Shown here piece after piece: positions 51,101 through 64,000 of a stretch of DNA of 64,000 nucleotides (the first letter of the stretch is position 1; each line of letters begins with the position of its first letter). The stretch is from Nageia nagi (taxonomy: Eukaryota; Plantae; Pinophyta): assembly GCA_050084985.1 (NCBI GenBank), contig JBITNC010000001.1:144274001-144338000 (forward strand), given 5' to 3'. A program made the position numbers and the translations under genes. The notes beneath the pieces are model-generated. The model saw only the letters and a list, made by a program, of their open reading frames with translations, made no database searches and was not told the origin of the DNA.

Positions 51101-52791
51101 TATCTCTGTATTCTCTTCAACTCTTTAAGACTTTCTCTTATCAGTTTAGTTGCTCCACACCTGTGGACCATACACACAGAAAATATATCAAACATGCCTA
51201 TTCATATAATGAAATTAGCATAAAATGAACATAAATAAGCATATAAAATGTAGAACAATAATGCATCTAACTCAGTAAAACTTGGATGTATTTCAATAGA
51301 GTAACTATGCATTCAAACTAAGTCCCTTTGCTTCATGTTCAAAGGCTTTATTTATAGATTTTGGAAAAAGAAAAAGTTTTTTATTTTTAAGTAAAAATTA
51401 GAATAGAAAAGCCTATCTAGCTTTGTCATGGCTATGATCCGAAGTAGGGATACATGGGATGGATGATGAGTCATTCGTTATCCTTTGCTTTCTTCCCAAG
51501 ATGCTTTAGGTGTTACCATTTTATTTTTCTTTTTCCAACTTCAGATCTAGGTATCAAACATCAACATTTGGTATGAGTTGCTAGCATCCAGATGTTGGGC
51601 ACTAGCATTTGGTAGACTATAGTAATTTTTTTAATTTACTTTAATTTTCTCATCCTTCTTTCATATGTCGAAACAAGGGTTATTTTTTGGTATATACACA
51701 TAAATATATATGTATATATTACTTCTTAATTAATAATTAAGGTTAATTAATAAATAAGAATAGTAATCTCTAAATTTTAAATATTATTATTAGCTTAAAA
51801 TAAATAAGCTAAATGGACTATTATTGGTGGATTGAAATATGCTAGAGTTAACTAAACCTTTAAGATATTATTTTTAATTAAATAATATTTATAATATCTA
51901 TTCACATGAGGTGTTCTAATTTTAATTTGTTGTGTCCTAGTTGTAAATTATGTATGTCAGTTCTAGTTGAGGTGTGCTAGTGGAACTTAGTTCACTGAAT
52001 TGTTGATTTGTGATTAAGTGGTGAGATATTTACCACATAGAAATCAACTCACTCACTTGATTTTATATTGTGTTGTCACTCCAAGATATTATATACATGC
52101 AAATTAAATACTTATTTAGTTAATTAGCCTAGCACTAGATGAAAAGATATAAATAGGAGCCTAGGGTAGAGGTTCTTAACAATTAGTTTAGGAAAGAAAA
52201 TGCTGTTGGAATTTATGTAAAACTTAAAAGACTATAGTTGAGCCAAAGTTTTGATCTTCTTTGAATGCAGGATTCAAGAGGTTGGATCTCTCCTAAATAA
52301 ATGATAAAATTTGGTTTAAATCTACTATGGTTTAAATGGGAATAATTTATCCCCAATGGGAGCCTCTAGGTCTTAGAAATTTGTGTATGTTTTCATAAGA
52401 GGGTTTTGTTATTTTAAATTTAAGATTTGAAAGTATGTGCATGAAAAATCCCACTAAGTAGGTATTGTATTTTAAATTAAGAAGTATTATAATTATTTGA
52501 AGGGGTTTAAACCCCTATGTAGTGATTCTTGGGATTTGAGGGTCCCATGTTGGGGGTGGGAGTCCCCAAGCCCAACATAGGCTTTAAATAGCCATAGGTG
52601 GGTGGAGAAGTATCCCACATCCCCATGTGGCCCAAGGGAAGGCCTTGAGAAGCATGGGATAACCCAAGTGAAGGCTATTTGGGGCCTAAACTAGCACTAT
52701 TTTACTAGCAAAATCTACCAATGTATTGCTAGTAAAACCCATCCATGTAGTAAAAGTCATAATAAAATTAAAAGATAGAAGATGATATAAG

Positions 52792-52856
52792 ATGGTATAA
52801 TGGTTCAAATATTGGAATTTGAATCCAATGAATTGTGTTCCAATCTAGATGAACAC
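52792..52856 (+). other. tRNA-Gln-like degenerate sequence within the 5' LTR
   Basis: ATGGTATAATGGTT...TTGGA-ATTTGAA-TCCAATGAATTGTGTTCCAATC: A-box, anticodon stem-loop with TTG and B-box-like GTTCCAATC at tRNA spacing. No intact acceptor stem. Confidence 0.6.
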
Positions 52857-53459
52857 TTTTGACCAAAATAATTTTGACCTTAGAATTTTTTGAGACAAAA
52901 TACTAATGGATTTTGCTAGCAAAATGATACTACTTTGGACCACAGATTGCCTTGGTCACTATCCCATGAGGTTATGTCCCCCTCCTAACTATTGTTGTAC
53001 CATTTGATGGGTTGCATCAGTCCTTGGGGACTATACACACCCATTTACTCCTTTTTAATTGATTCTTGCTACCTCAAAATACATGCATCCCTTTTGAGGC
53101 TTTGAAAATTAATTTTTTTTTTATATTTGAAAATTTAGTCTAAAATTTTAAAATATATTGTGGAGTTTTCTAAATTAGATTTTGGAATTTGTCAATTTTT
53201 TTTTAAATATTAATGGATATTATTGGTTTTTAATTTTAGATATTGTTCTTTGAGTTTAGAAAGGTAATTTGAGAAGTTTTATTTTTAGAAATTTAATTAG
53301 CTTGCTTTAATAGGCTTTTAAGCTTCCTGTAAATATTTTAGTTCTATTTTTATTGTAAATAAAATTACAAACGATATTATATTGGGAATGATATGTAGGG
53401 AATTATTTTGAGATTAGAGCCTCTATTTTTAGGTCTCTAGTTTTTATATATAGTAGCTT

Positions 53460-53960
53460 AAATTATTATTTTAAAATATAATTTTGTTATTTTAAAATAG
53501 AGTTGTAAATTATTGTAAAATATAGTTGTGTCATTTTAAAATAGGGTTTTTAATTATTTTAAGATATAGCTAGATATTTTAAGATAGAGATTAAGTATAA
53601 CTTTATATTAAAGATTGATATTTTAAAGGAGAAAATATTTTATTATTTTAAAATGTGAGTTGATGTTTTAAAATAGTGTTATCGATTATTCTAAAGTATA
53701 GTTAATATATCTTAGAATAGATTTATTTTATTATTTTAAAATAGAGTTGTTGATTATTCTAAGGTATAGTTAATATATATTAGAATAGAGTTGTTTTATT
53801 ATTTTAAAATGTGAGTTGATATTTTAAAATAGAGTTTTTGATTATTTTAAGGTATAGTTAATATATCTTAGAATAAAGTTGTTTTATTATCTTAAAATGT
53901 GAGATGATATTTTAAAGTAGAGTTACTGATATATGTTGAATTATAGAGTTGTTATAGTGT
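53460..53960. repeat. Minisatellite array in the 5' LTR (~20-bp monomers, ~88-bp higher-order unit)
   Basis: Recurring ATTTTAAAAT(A/G)(G/T)(A/G)AGTTG and GATTATTCTAAGGTATAGTTAATATATCTTAGAATAG units. Confidence 0.85.
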
Positions 53961-56900
53961 TTCCTTGAAATGGAAAGCATATAGTTGCATTTTAGAGGAA
54001 ACCCAAGATTGTATCTGATCCAACCATTCTTGACCTACCGTTCAACCTAAGAAGCGAGTCCTTGTTTGTATTGTGGAAAAGGAGTTTGATAAATTCTTAC
54101 TATGGATTGAAATGTATTGTGCTTGCTATTTTATCTAAGAAATGAATAGCAAGGCTATTGTTGTTCTTGTAAAAAGATTTTGAAAAAAATTATTACTTGC
54201 TTTTTAAGGATGATTGTATTAATAATGACTATTGTACGATTTTGATATCTTTGAAATTGTGAAAGATTATTCCTTAAATAATTAAGTGTTATTCTTTTTT
54301 TAAAGAGTTGTTTAGTAAATGAACTAACTTACTTAAATCTAATGATGCTTAGCATTACTTGATACTTAAATGATTTAAAAATCCCATTATGTATGCAAAT
54401 ATTATGATGCTTAGGACCTAACTCCCTCACCTATAGGTGTGAATAGAGATAATATAATATCTCTTATAAGGGAATGATTTATTCTTAAATCATGATGGGT
54501 TTTATTGTGTGGATATATAAACCTAAAAGTATACTTAGCCAAAACTTTGAGTAAAGCATGACTATTCATTTAAGGGATGTTGATTTATCTTCAAGCGAGT
54601 TAGGCTAAGATTAAATTTCTTTGATATGATGATGGTGGGAAATACACCATGTGAAGTCATTATGTTTAATAAAATATACAAAGGTAAGCCATGTGAAGTT
54701 ATTTAACGAGTTAAGTTAAATAACAAGAAATGGTACATAGTTAGTGAAGAGTTTGGACTCATGTATGGCTTAGCTTGGAACCAATACTAGTAATAATGTG
54801 AAAAATAATTCATAAGATTCTTAAGTAACTTCTAAACACATTCAAAATTGATTGCATTTAATTTATTTTTTATTTAATTAAAGGAAAAAAAATGTGCTCA
54901 CCTCTCAAGTGTATGGGATAGGTGTTAAAGTAGAATCCTATGTGTTTATATTGAAATAGGGTTCTTACAGTTGGTATTAGAGCCTAGGTTGTAGGCTTTT
55001 CTTGTTGAGTAAAAAGAAAATAATTCTAAAAACTATCCATGTTATCTTGTGATTAGAAAAATGACACCCCAAAGATGTTTTTAGGATGACCTGATTAGGG
55101 TTGGACAAACTCATAACACACGTAGCGAGTCTAACATACAAAGAGAAATTCCTTAAGATATCTAGAAGAGACTTAATCCCAATTTAGCTCTTTAATGAAA
55201 AATTTTATAAGAGAAATCCACCCAATAGTGAGAGTTTATTCTGAAGCAACTAAGCCGAGTTAAATAAGTTAAGTTCAATCATCTTTAGATCTAGGCTTTT
55301 ATCTATCTTGTTTAAAATCAATGATGCCTTCCATGTGTCATAATTAAGAAATGTATTCTTAACCTTTCATATGTTTAGGATATGTTTATTTTATAGATAT
55401 GAGATCCATTAGCATCAAAATTTGGTAAGGTTCTAGATCTTAGTGCAAAAGTTTTGTAACCATCTTGTTGACCACTATTAGGTTCAATAAGTAAATCATA
55501 AGAATTTCTTACTAAGGAAGAAGTTAATGCTAATTATGTGCCTTGGGAGGATCTGGAAAATAAGTATTTGAAATATTTTGTGTTAAAATCTTGATGAATC
55601 CATTTGAATTTGTCATAAAGGTTGAACAATGGATGATTAACCACAACATATAATTCAATATGAAGAATAGGAGTCCCAAAGACTTAAGTTATGAGATATG
55701 ATTTTGGATATAGAAATGAATGCTGTTATTGATAATTGCTCTTTTGCTAGAAAGTAAAAATGACCAAGGATCTTAAATGATATGAGAAAAAGTTATTTCC
55801 CTTTTGTTTGAGTGAAAAACTTTTAGGCTATATGTCTTTCTTAAATAAACACAAGAGAATGTGTTAATCTAAGTGGACAAGGATGTCACAACCCAAATCC
55901 ACTCTAGATCCCCTTAGTTTGTTTTGATTTGGTTTATTGTGAAATGAGATATATTGACTATATATTATTTGAATAAAATACTTGCTATACTTTTATTTGT
56001 TTAAATTATAAAATTCATGATATGGATAATGGTAATTTATCCTACCTATGTATACATATTAATGTTGAAAGTGGTTTTGTGATGTGCATATGATAGGTAA
56101 GAGAAGATAATATGCTCTTGAATGGTTTGTAAATGAGTGATGACCAATGATTATCATGATCAAATATAAGATAGAGATACTAGGATAGCCGGGTAAGTGG
56201 TTGTATACATATATATCAGCATGGGACAAGATAAGCTCCTTAGGATTGTTAATGTATATATATGATTACCTAGTTGTATTCTTAAATTGAAGTTGAAAAT
56301 ATGTATATCTTAGAGGATTACCAAGGATGTTAGTATAATTATCTTGGAACCCCTAATAATTAATATTAATTGGTAAAATGATTAAAGAAATTAACTAAAC
56401 AAGATAAAAGGTGGAGCTTAATTATTTAATTAAGTATTTTGTGAGCATATAAATATATATATGTATATATTACTTATTAATTTTTAATTAAAGTTAATTA
56501 ATAATTAAGAATAGTAATCCCTAAATTTTAAATATTATTATTAGCTTGAAATAAATAAGCTAGATGGACTATTATTGGTTGATTGAAATATGCTAGAGTT
56601 AACTAAACCTTTAACATACTATTTTTAATTAAATAATATTTATAATATCTATTTGTATGAGGTGTTCCAATTTTAACGTGTTGTCTCTTAGTTGCAAATT
56701 AGGTGTGCCTGTGGAACTTAGTTCATTAAAGTGTTGATTGATGATTGAGTGGGGAGATATTTCTCACATAGAAATCAACACCCACTCACTTGAGTTTATG
56801 TTGTGTTGTCACTCAAAGATATTATACATATGTAAATTAAATAATTATTTAATTAATTAACCTAGCACTAGATGAAAAGCTATAAATAGGAGCCTAGGGT

Positions 56901-57549
56901 AGAGGTTCTTAACAATTAGTTTTAGGCAAGAAAATGTTTTTAGAATTTGTGTAAAGCTTAGAAGACTAAATTCCAGCCAAAGTTTTGATCTTCTTCAAAT
57001 GCAAGATTCAAGAGGTTGAATCTCTCCTAAATAAATGAAAAAATTTGGTTTAAATCTAATGTGGTTTACATGAGAATAATTTATCCCTTTTGTTATACCT
57101 TGTATTTTGTGCTTAAAATATTCCAATGGGAGCCTAGAGGTCTTAGAAATTTGTGTATGTATTTCTAAGAGGGTGTTATTATTTTAAACTTAAGATTTGA
57201 AAGTATGTGCATGAAAAAACCCACTAAGGGGTTATCGTATTTTAAATTAAGAAGTAATGTAATTATTTGAAGGGGTTTAAACCCCTACGTAGTGATTCTT
57301 GGGCTTTGAGGGTCCCACGTTGGAGGTGGGAGTACCTACACCCAACATAGAATTTAAATAGTCATACGTGGGTGGGGGAGCCACCCACATCCCCATGTGG
57401 CCCTATGAAAGGCCTTGGGAAGTGTAGGCTATGCCAAGTGAAGGTTATCTGGGCCCAAAGTAGCATTATTTTGCTAGAAAAATCCACCAATGTATTGCTA
57501 ATAAAACCCATCCATGTAGTAAAAATCATAATAAATTTAAAAGTGGAAG

Positions 57550-57615
57550 ATGATATAATGGTTAAGGCATTGGAATTTAAATCCAGTGACTTGAATTACA
57601 ATATAGATGAACATT
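57550..57615 (+). other. tRNA-like degenerate sequence within the 3' LTR (paralogue of 52792-52856)
   Basis: ATGATATAATGGTTAAGGCATTGGAATTTAAATCCAGTGACTTGAATTACAAT: TGGA/TCCA stem with a 7-nt loop retained, B-box decayed. Confidence 0.5.
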
Positions 57616-58219
57616 TTTGACCAAAAACATTCTGACACTTGAGAATTTTTTGAGATAAAATACTAGTGGATTTTGCTAGCGAAACAGTACTACTTTGGGC
57701 CCTAGATAGCCTTGGCCTTTATCCCATGGGGGTACATCCCCCTCCTAACTACCCTTGTAAAATTTTATGGGGTGTGTCAATTCTTGGGTACTGCACACAT
57801 CCATTTACCCCTTTTTAATTGATTCTTTGTACCTCAAAATACATGCATCCCTTTTGGGGCTTTCAAAATTAATTTCTTTTATATTTTAAAATTTAGTTTG
57901 AAATTTTAAAATATATTATGGAGTTTTCTAAATTAGATTTTGGAATTCGTCAATTATTTTTTTTAAAAATATATCAATGGATATTATTGGTTTTAAAGTT
58001 TAGAAATTGTTCTTTGAGTTTAGAAACGCAATTTGAGAAGTTCTATTTTTGGACATTTTAAATAGCTTGCTTTGATAGGATTTTAAGCTTCTTGTAAATA
58101 TTTTAATTCTCTATTTCTTGTAAATAAAATATAGAGGATATTATATTGGGAATAATATGTAGGGAATTATTTTGAGATTAGAGCCTCTATTTTTAGGTCT
58201 CTAGTTTTTATATATAGTA

Positions 58220-58740
58220 GCTTAAATTATTATTTTAAAATATAATTTTGTTATTTTAAAATAGAGTTGGAAATTATTTAAAATATTATTATGTTATTTT
58301 AAAATAGAGTTTTTGATTTTTTTAAGATATAGTTGAGTATTTTGAGATAGAGATTAAGTATCGATTTATATTAAAGGTTGATATGTTAAAGGAAAAGATT
58401 ATTTTATTCTTTAAAAATGTGAGTTGATGTGTTAAAATAGATTTGTCGATTATTCTAAGGCATAGTTAATATATCTTAGAATAGAGTTATTTTATTATTT
58501 TAAAATATGAGTTGATGTTTTAAAATAGAGTTGTCAATTGTTCTAAGGTATAGGTAATATATCTTTGAATAGAGTTGTTTTATTATTTTAAAATGTGAGT
58601 TGATGTTCTAAAATAGAGTTATTAATTATTCTAAGGTATAGTTAGTATATCCTATAATAGAGTTGTTTTATTATTTTAAAATGTGAGATGATGTTTTAAA
58701 GTAGAATATCAATTTATGTTGAATTATAGAGTTGTTGGAG
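58220..58740. repeat. Minisatellite array in the 3' LTR
   Basis: Three ~88-bp units at ~58400-58700 plus flanking degenerate monomers. Confidence 0.85.
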
Positions 58741-59857
58741 TGTTTCCTTAAAATGGAAAGCATGTAGTTGCATTTTAGAGGAAACCCAAAATTGTATCTG
58801 ATCTAACAATTCTTGAGCAACCGTTCAACCTAAGGAGCAAATCCTTATTCATATTGGGGGAAAGGAGTTTGATAAATTCTTACTATGGGTTTTAAATGTA
58901 TTGTACTTGCCACTTTATTTCAGAAATGAATAGCAAGGCTATTGTTGTTGTAAAAAGATTTTGAAAAAAATTATTACTTCCTTTTTAGGATGATTGTATT
59001 AATAATGACTATTGTACAATTTTGATATCTTTGAAATTGTAAAAGATTATTCCTTAAATAATTAAGTGTTATTCTTTTATTAAAGAGTCATTTAGTAAAT
59101 GAATTGACTTAAAAGTTGTTTAGTAAATGAATTAACTTACTTAAATGTGATGATACTTAGCATTAATTGATGCTTTATAGATAATGATACTTAAATGATT
59201 TAAAAATCTCATGTTATGTGCAAATATTATGATGCATAGGACCTAACTCCCTTGCCTATATGTGTGAATAGAGATACTATAATATCTATTATAAGGGAAT
59301 GATTTATTCTTAAATCATGGTGGGTTTTATTGTGTGGATATTTAAACTTAAGTGTATAATTAGCCAAAACTTTGAGTAAAGCATGACTATTCATTTATGG
59401 GATGTGGGGATGTTGATTTATCTTCAAGCAAGTTAGGCTAAGATAAATCAAGAAATCCCCATGGTTGAATAGACCTTGAAGTATTAAATTGCTTTGATAT
59501 GATGATGGTGGGAAATACGAGTAGGTATATGGTACCATCAAAATTCATTATGTTTAATAAAACATACAAAGGAAAGCCAAGTAAAGTTATTTAACGGTTT
59601 AAGTTAAATAACCAAAAATAATACATAGTCAATGAAGAGTTTAGACTCAGTAATGGCTTAGCTTGAAATCAATACTAGTAATAATGTAAAAAATAATGCA
59701 TAGGGTTCTCAAGTAACTTCTAAACACATTCAGAATTGATTGCATTTAATTAATTATTTTATTTACTTTGAGGAAAAAAAATTTCTCACCTCTCAAGTGT
59801 ATGAAATGGGTGCTAAAGTAGGATCCTATGTGTTTATAATTAAATAAGGTTCTTACA

Positions 59858-62510
59858 ACCTACCAAACTCACATAATTTTTCACAATATCAAATATTTTA
59901 AAGATACTTTTTAATATTATACTATATGTACTTTTAATGTACATAGTAATAAAAATGCAATGATGTATTATGAGCATAATAACACTAAATGCAATAATAT
60001 TACACCAACAAAAAGGCATATAACCACCATAGGTGATGAATGAAGGCAAAGTGAAAGGATTAGATAAATACATAAAAAAGAAAAATACAATGGACTTAGA
60101 ATTATAGAAGAATATACTTGAGGAGATATAGAGTATATTCCATTTAATGATGAAAGTTCTATATCAGGTTCTTTAATCTCAACAAAAATATGGTTAGAAA
60201 AGTAGTTCAGAATAATGATAAAAGTAAAGAAGATGGATTAAAAACTCTAAAAAAAATTAACATAGTTCATGATGAGGATGTCTTATATAAAATTATTAGC
60301 ACAAGTGAAAATAAATTCAGATTTATGAATTTTTTAAAGGAAGCACCACTATAAGAAAGGGCTTATATGTATAAGCTTTTAAATAGAATGTAGAAGTTAT
60401 GAAATAAAGGAAATTATGGCATGAAAAAAAACTTATTCAGAAGAAGAAAAATCTTAGATACATATGAATAGCATGAAAAATAGGATTTTTATTTCTTTGC
60501 ACTAAAATCAATCTTTCCACACTAAGTGAAACTTGTAGAAGTAGAAGACCTTAGCGTAACCAATGTCAAAGGTGTTAATGCTAGAAATAATATTAACATT
60601 GTTGTTTTTCAAGATGACATATGAGATATTCTAGTATTTGGTGTTCATAATAAAATTATTACCACTTTTGAGAATCAACATACCAATGTCAGCATAGAAG
60701 TCAATGGTAAGGCTATAAATGAGACAACAATAGAATATCTTTTTCATTAAAAGTCTATAAAAGGAATGGAAGTATAATAAATAGCTCTATCACCTTCAAA
60801 TAATTTAGAATAAATATCACAAATATCAAATGAAAAGGATAATGTAAACTCTCTTAAGCAAGATCAAAGGCTTGAGTCATAAGAAAAGCTAATGCAAATT
60901 GAAGAAATCTTTAATAAAGAAGGAGATGAAGAAGAAGAAAATGTTTCTTTTCAACATGAAGTAGAAATTTAATAAGAACTTTACCAAGAAGAGAAGCCTC
61001 AAAAAGAAATTTAGGAATTGATAAATAAAATATTACAACCATACTCATATTTTTCACTAGTAGATAATCTTATCAAGTTCAACTATTTCCAACTCAATGA
61101 TTGCTATATTTAAACACTTTATCAACAAAAGGTAAAATCAATCTCTACAACATATGGATAATGCAATTCAAGGAACATCATGCTAAATAGATTGGATTAT
61201 TTTCTTCTAGGGGGAAAATACACATACCAATAATATTGGAAGATATAGAGCATACAAAAAGTGATATAAAAAAGAGAAGAAAAGAATTTCATGCATTAAT
61301 TAACAAAGAAAGGGATCCATTTATTGGATGGATTGATGAAGAAAATAGTATTAAATGTAAGGAACTTAAAAAATTCAATGAAGAGGAGATGGTATGATAT
61401 AAAAATATAATCATATAATATGGTTGATCATAGAAGATTGAAGTAACAAAAGAGGACCATTTGCACCCATAATACTTGTAGTACATATATAAAAACATGA
61501 GATTATTCAAGAATATCCTATAAAATAACCTCAAGAAAAGGTTCCATCCCAAATACCACTAAAAGATCAACAATTATGGAAAAAATTTATATCAATGGAG
61601 AAATTACTTAACAAAATTAAAGATGAAGAGGAAGGCACTATTAATCCTCTATGCATAAAAACCATATCAAAGTTTGTTGACACCAAGAAAAAGCTCATTT
61701 ACCAAATATGATGGTAAGAATGACCCAATAATACGTAAGAATATTTTCATAAATGAAGCTTCTATGATTACTATAGATGACGATATTTATGAAAAACTAT
61801 TTCCTTTTTCACTACATGAAGAAGCTCTCCAATGGTTTAATAAATTACTACATGGGAGTATACAAAATTTTGGATAGCTCAAAAATCATTTATCAGTAAT
61901 AGGTATAAAATTGAAGTATTCATTTCCTCTTTATAGATATAAAATCAACTACTTTATTTTAGTTATCATAAATTAACTTTGAATGAGTTTCTTCATAATA
62001 TCATTGAAAAAGGAATATTTTTTCTCTAATGTGGAACATATAAATCAAACAAGAAAGAAAGAAAGACATCACACCACCACCTAGAGAAAATTGCAAGAAA
62101 ATATATTCAAAGAAGGAGAAAAATATATTAGCAAATGCAGAGTCATGAGTAGCCATTAAAGACAAGAAATTCATAAAACTAGTGGAAAATCCATTACCCA
62201 TAAGATAATTTACTCATATTTATGATAACATTGGGAAATTTTAGAAACTTTTGTAAAAAAGAAACTTCTAGCTTTACCTCCTAATAAAAATTAACCAAGT
62301 TATAAATAGGGCATTCCAAGTGAATGTAAGAATGATCATTATTATGATTATCACTATCAATAAGGACATAGTAATAACTCTTATCTTTAACTATAATATA
62401 ACATCTAGGACTTCATTGATATGGGTAAGATCTCATTTGCTTAACACAAAAAAATTATAAGACAACAAGGCCATAACATGCAAAACATTAGAATTTGGAA
62501 ATCTTTAAAA
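59858..62510 (+). mobile_element. Second copy (B') of the Tat/Ogre-like gag remnant
   Basis: Homologous to 36881-39215. FTKYDGKNDP...DDIYEKLFPFSLHEEALQWFNKLLHGSIQNF (61674-61877) is Retrotrans_gag; HYYDYH.Q*GH...I*DFIDMG knuckle region at ~62335-62425. Confidence 0.88.
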
Positions 62511-64000
62511 TAGTCTTTCCAAATTTGTATGTCATGATATTTTGTATATCATGATATTTTTTCTTACTCTACCAAGCCAACATGTGCACTAACTTACCTC
62601 ATACATTTTGTATGTCATGATATTCTTTCACATTCTTTTTAGTTTATTTGTACTCATTAGTACATTAGGCATATAAGGTTTTACAATGATAGAAAATAGT
62701 TAGTTCATTCCTTAGATCTACAAGAATGTCAGTATTAGCTTTGGGTTGTATAGGGGAAATTTGTTAAAAATAAGGTTCTTTTAGATATTACAAAGTCATG
62801 TGATTATTTTTAAACATACATTACACTTTTATATACTTCATAACTAAAAAAATAATCACATAGAAATATTCACATATATACATAAAAATAATCAAATATA
62901 AAATTATTACCAAAGAATAGCTTTTTCATTCATCTTCTAATTCTTTTAGAACTTTTGCTTCTTTTCACATGAATAATAGACTTTGAAACTTAGATCTAGA
63001 CAAAGAGGGTCTTTTCAACCTAGTTTGTTCCTTAAGTATTATATCTTTTCAAACTAATGATAATTTTCCACCATATTTTTGGAATAGAACTTAAATATCC
63101 TCTATTAGATCATCATTTTCAATGTTGTATGTATACTAAAACCTTGTAATACACTAGCATACTAAATCTGATATGTGGCAATCAAGATCATCGAAGCTCT
63201 ATAATATATCAATAACATCATAATTAAATGTGGCCAAGTCTATCTCTTTGTAAAGATATGATTTCTCTTGTTCTTGTTAAAATTCACTAATAAGAATCAT
63301 ATTTCGTTGATAAACTCAATTTAAGATTAATTATTAGCTTTAATATTGATATTTTTTATTTCATGCTCATATTTTAGACATGTATGCAATGATGATAAAA
63401 TAGCCTTCATAGTATAAATACAAGGTATACCTAATAATAAATTATATTAAAGATAATCTTGAGATACATAACACTTGATATTGATAATATTAGGTCTTAC
63501 CTCAGTGGACAATGTTACTAATCAAATTTCTTAATATTATTAAAAGTTATTCATTCTAATGTTATATATCTATATATTATTCATCATTTATTGGAATCTT
63601 TGCTAGAAAGAACGTAGATAGATATTCACATCAAATCTAATATCCACTAGAAATATTTGTGTTGACCTTATAAAAAGTTTTACTTTCATATATAATGTTA
63701 AATTATTTTTGATAAAATCCTCACTAGAAATTTCTTTATCCTTAAAACTAATCATATTTATTTGAGTATAAGATCATAGCATTTCAAAAAATTACTAGCA
63801 AAAATATTTACATCTAATTGAGTATTTTTCTATGCATCCCACAAAGCATCCTAATGAGCATAAAAAAATTGCATCAATTCAAATTTTTTTTTTTTATAGT
63901 CCAGATTTGATATTCAAGATCATATGCATGAGGATCCTTATCAAACTCATGTATTTATCCTATCAATGGATGAATGGGTACTTAGGATATTTACTTTCAT

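Larger units (their letters stand above)
42157..51697 (-). mobile_element. Degenerate Tat/Ogre-like Ty3/gypsy element (partial 5' LTR, tRNA-Asn-type PBS, gag, protease, G-patch, integrase tail; RT/RNaseH deleted)
   Basis: PBS 50885-50901 (plus CCCTCCTTTTAGCACCT vs plant tRNA-Asn 3' end CCCTCCTTCTAGCGCCA). LTR from ~50905 with CTATAAATA on minus at ~51350. Coding motifs listed separately; left boundary uncertain. Confidence 0.8.
51698..59857 (+). mobile_element. Non-autonomous Tekay/Del-like gypsy element (LARD-like) with ~4-kb LTRs and a 0.9-kb internal region
   Basis: 5' LTR (5'-truncated) 51698-54969 ending CTTACA, PBS TGGTATTAGAGCC 54972-54984, PPT AAGTGGACAAGGA ending 55883, 3' LTR 55884-59857 (TGTCACAACCC...TTCTTACA). 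Internal fragment INDAFHVS*LR (~55320-55350) is the integrase-chromodomain linker. Confidence 0.92.

Noticed and set aside
52792-52856. Functional tRNA gene
   Set aside because: No pairing acceptor stem, degenerate T-arm, and it lies within a repeated LTR; kept only as a tRNA-derived sequence.
53600-53930. CRISPR-like array
   Set aside because: Units are contiguous tandem repeats without unique spacers, there are no cas genes, and the context is eukaryotic.
62900-63500. Possible copia gag remnant on the minus strand (LSLSTKYD-like text)
   Set aside because: Too degenerate to support without a profile search.

Overview
Very AT-rich eukaryotic DNA, almost certainly plant nuclear intergenic or heterochromatic sequence. 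The element types suggest a large-genome non-flowering vascular plant, most likely a gymnosperm (inference). No intact protein-coding gene is visible. The window is a nested graveyard of decayed retroelements: an Athila-like Ty3/gypsy 3' remnant (1-3.85 kb); two oppositely oriented copies of a Ty1/copia family (3854-7183 minus, truncated; 15972-19962 plus, both LTRs, non-autonomous, inserted into a LINE); a Tat/Ogre-like gypsy carrying an antisense plant-mobile-domain (PMD) ORF (7.2-13.9 kb); two related LINE 3' remnants; a duplicated gypsy composite (33-39 kb vs 39.7-42.2 kb plus 59.9-62.5 kb); a second Tat/Ogre-like element (42-51.7 kb); and a non-autonomous Tekay-like element with ~4 kb LTRs (51.7-59.9 kb). 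Two things stand out. (1) A CpG-retaining island at ~30.3-32.9 kb holds an L1-ORF1 remnant and an intronless SPT5-family pseudogene fragment, with a minus-strand TATA plus MSA-like (AACGG) promoter and canonical splice signals that would give a spliced antisense transcript. (2) A tRNA-Gln-like sequence sits in the loop of an inverted repeat in both LTRs of the Tekay-like element. All calls come from reading the sequence by eye; no alignments or searches were run, so identities are estimates.
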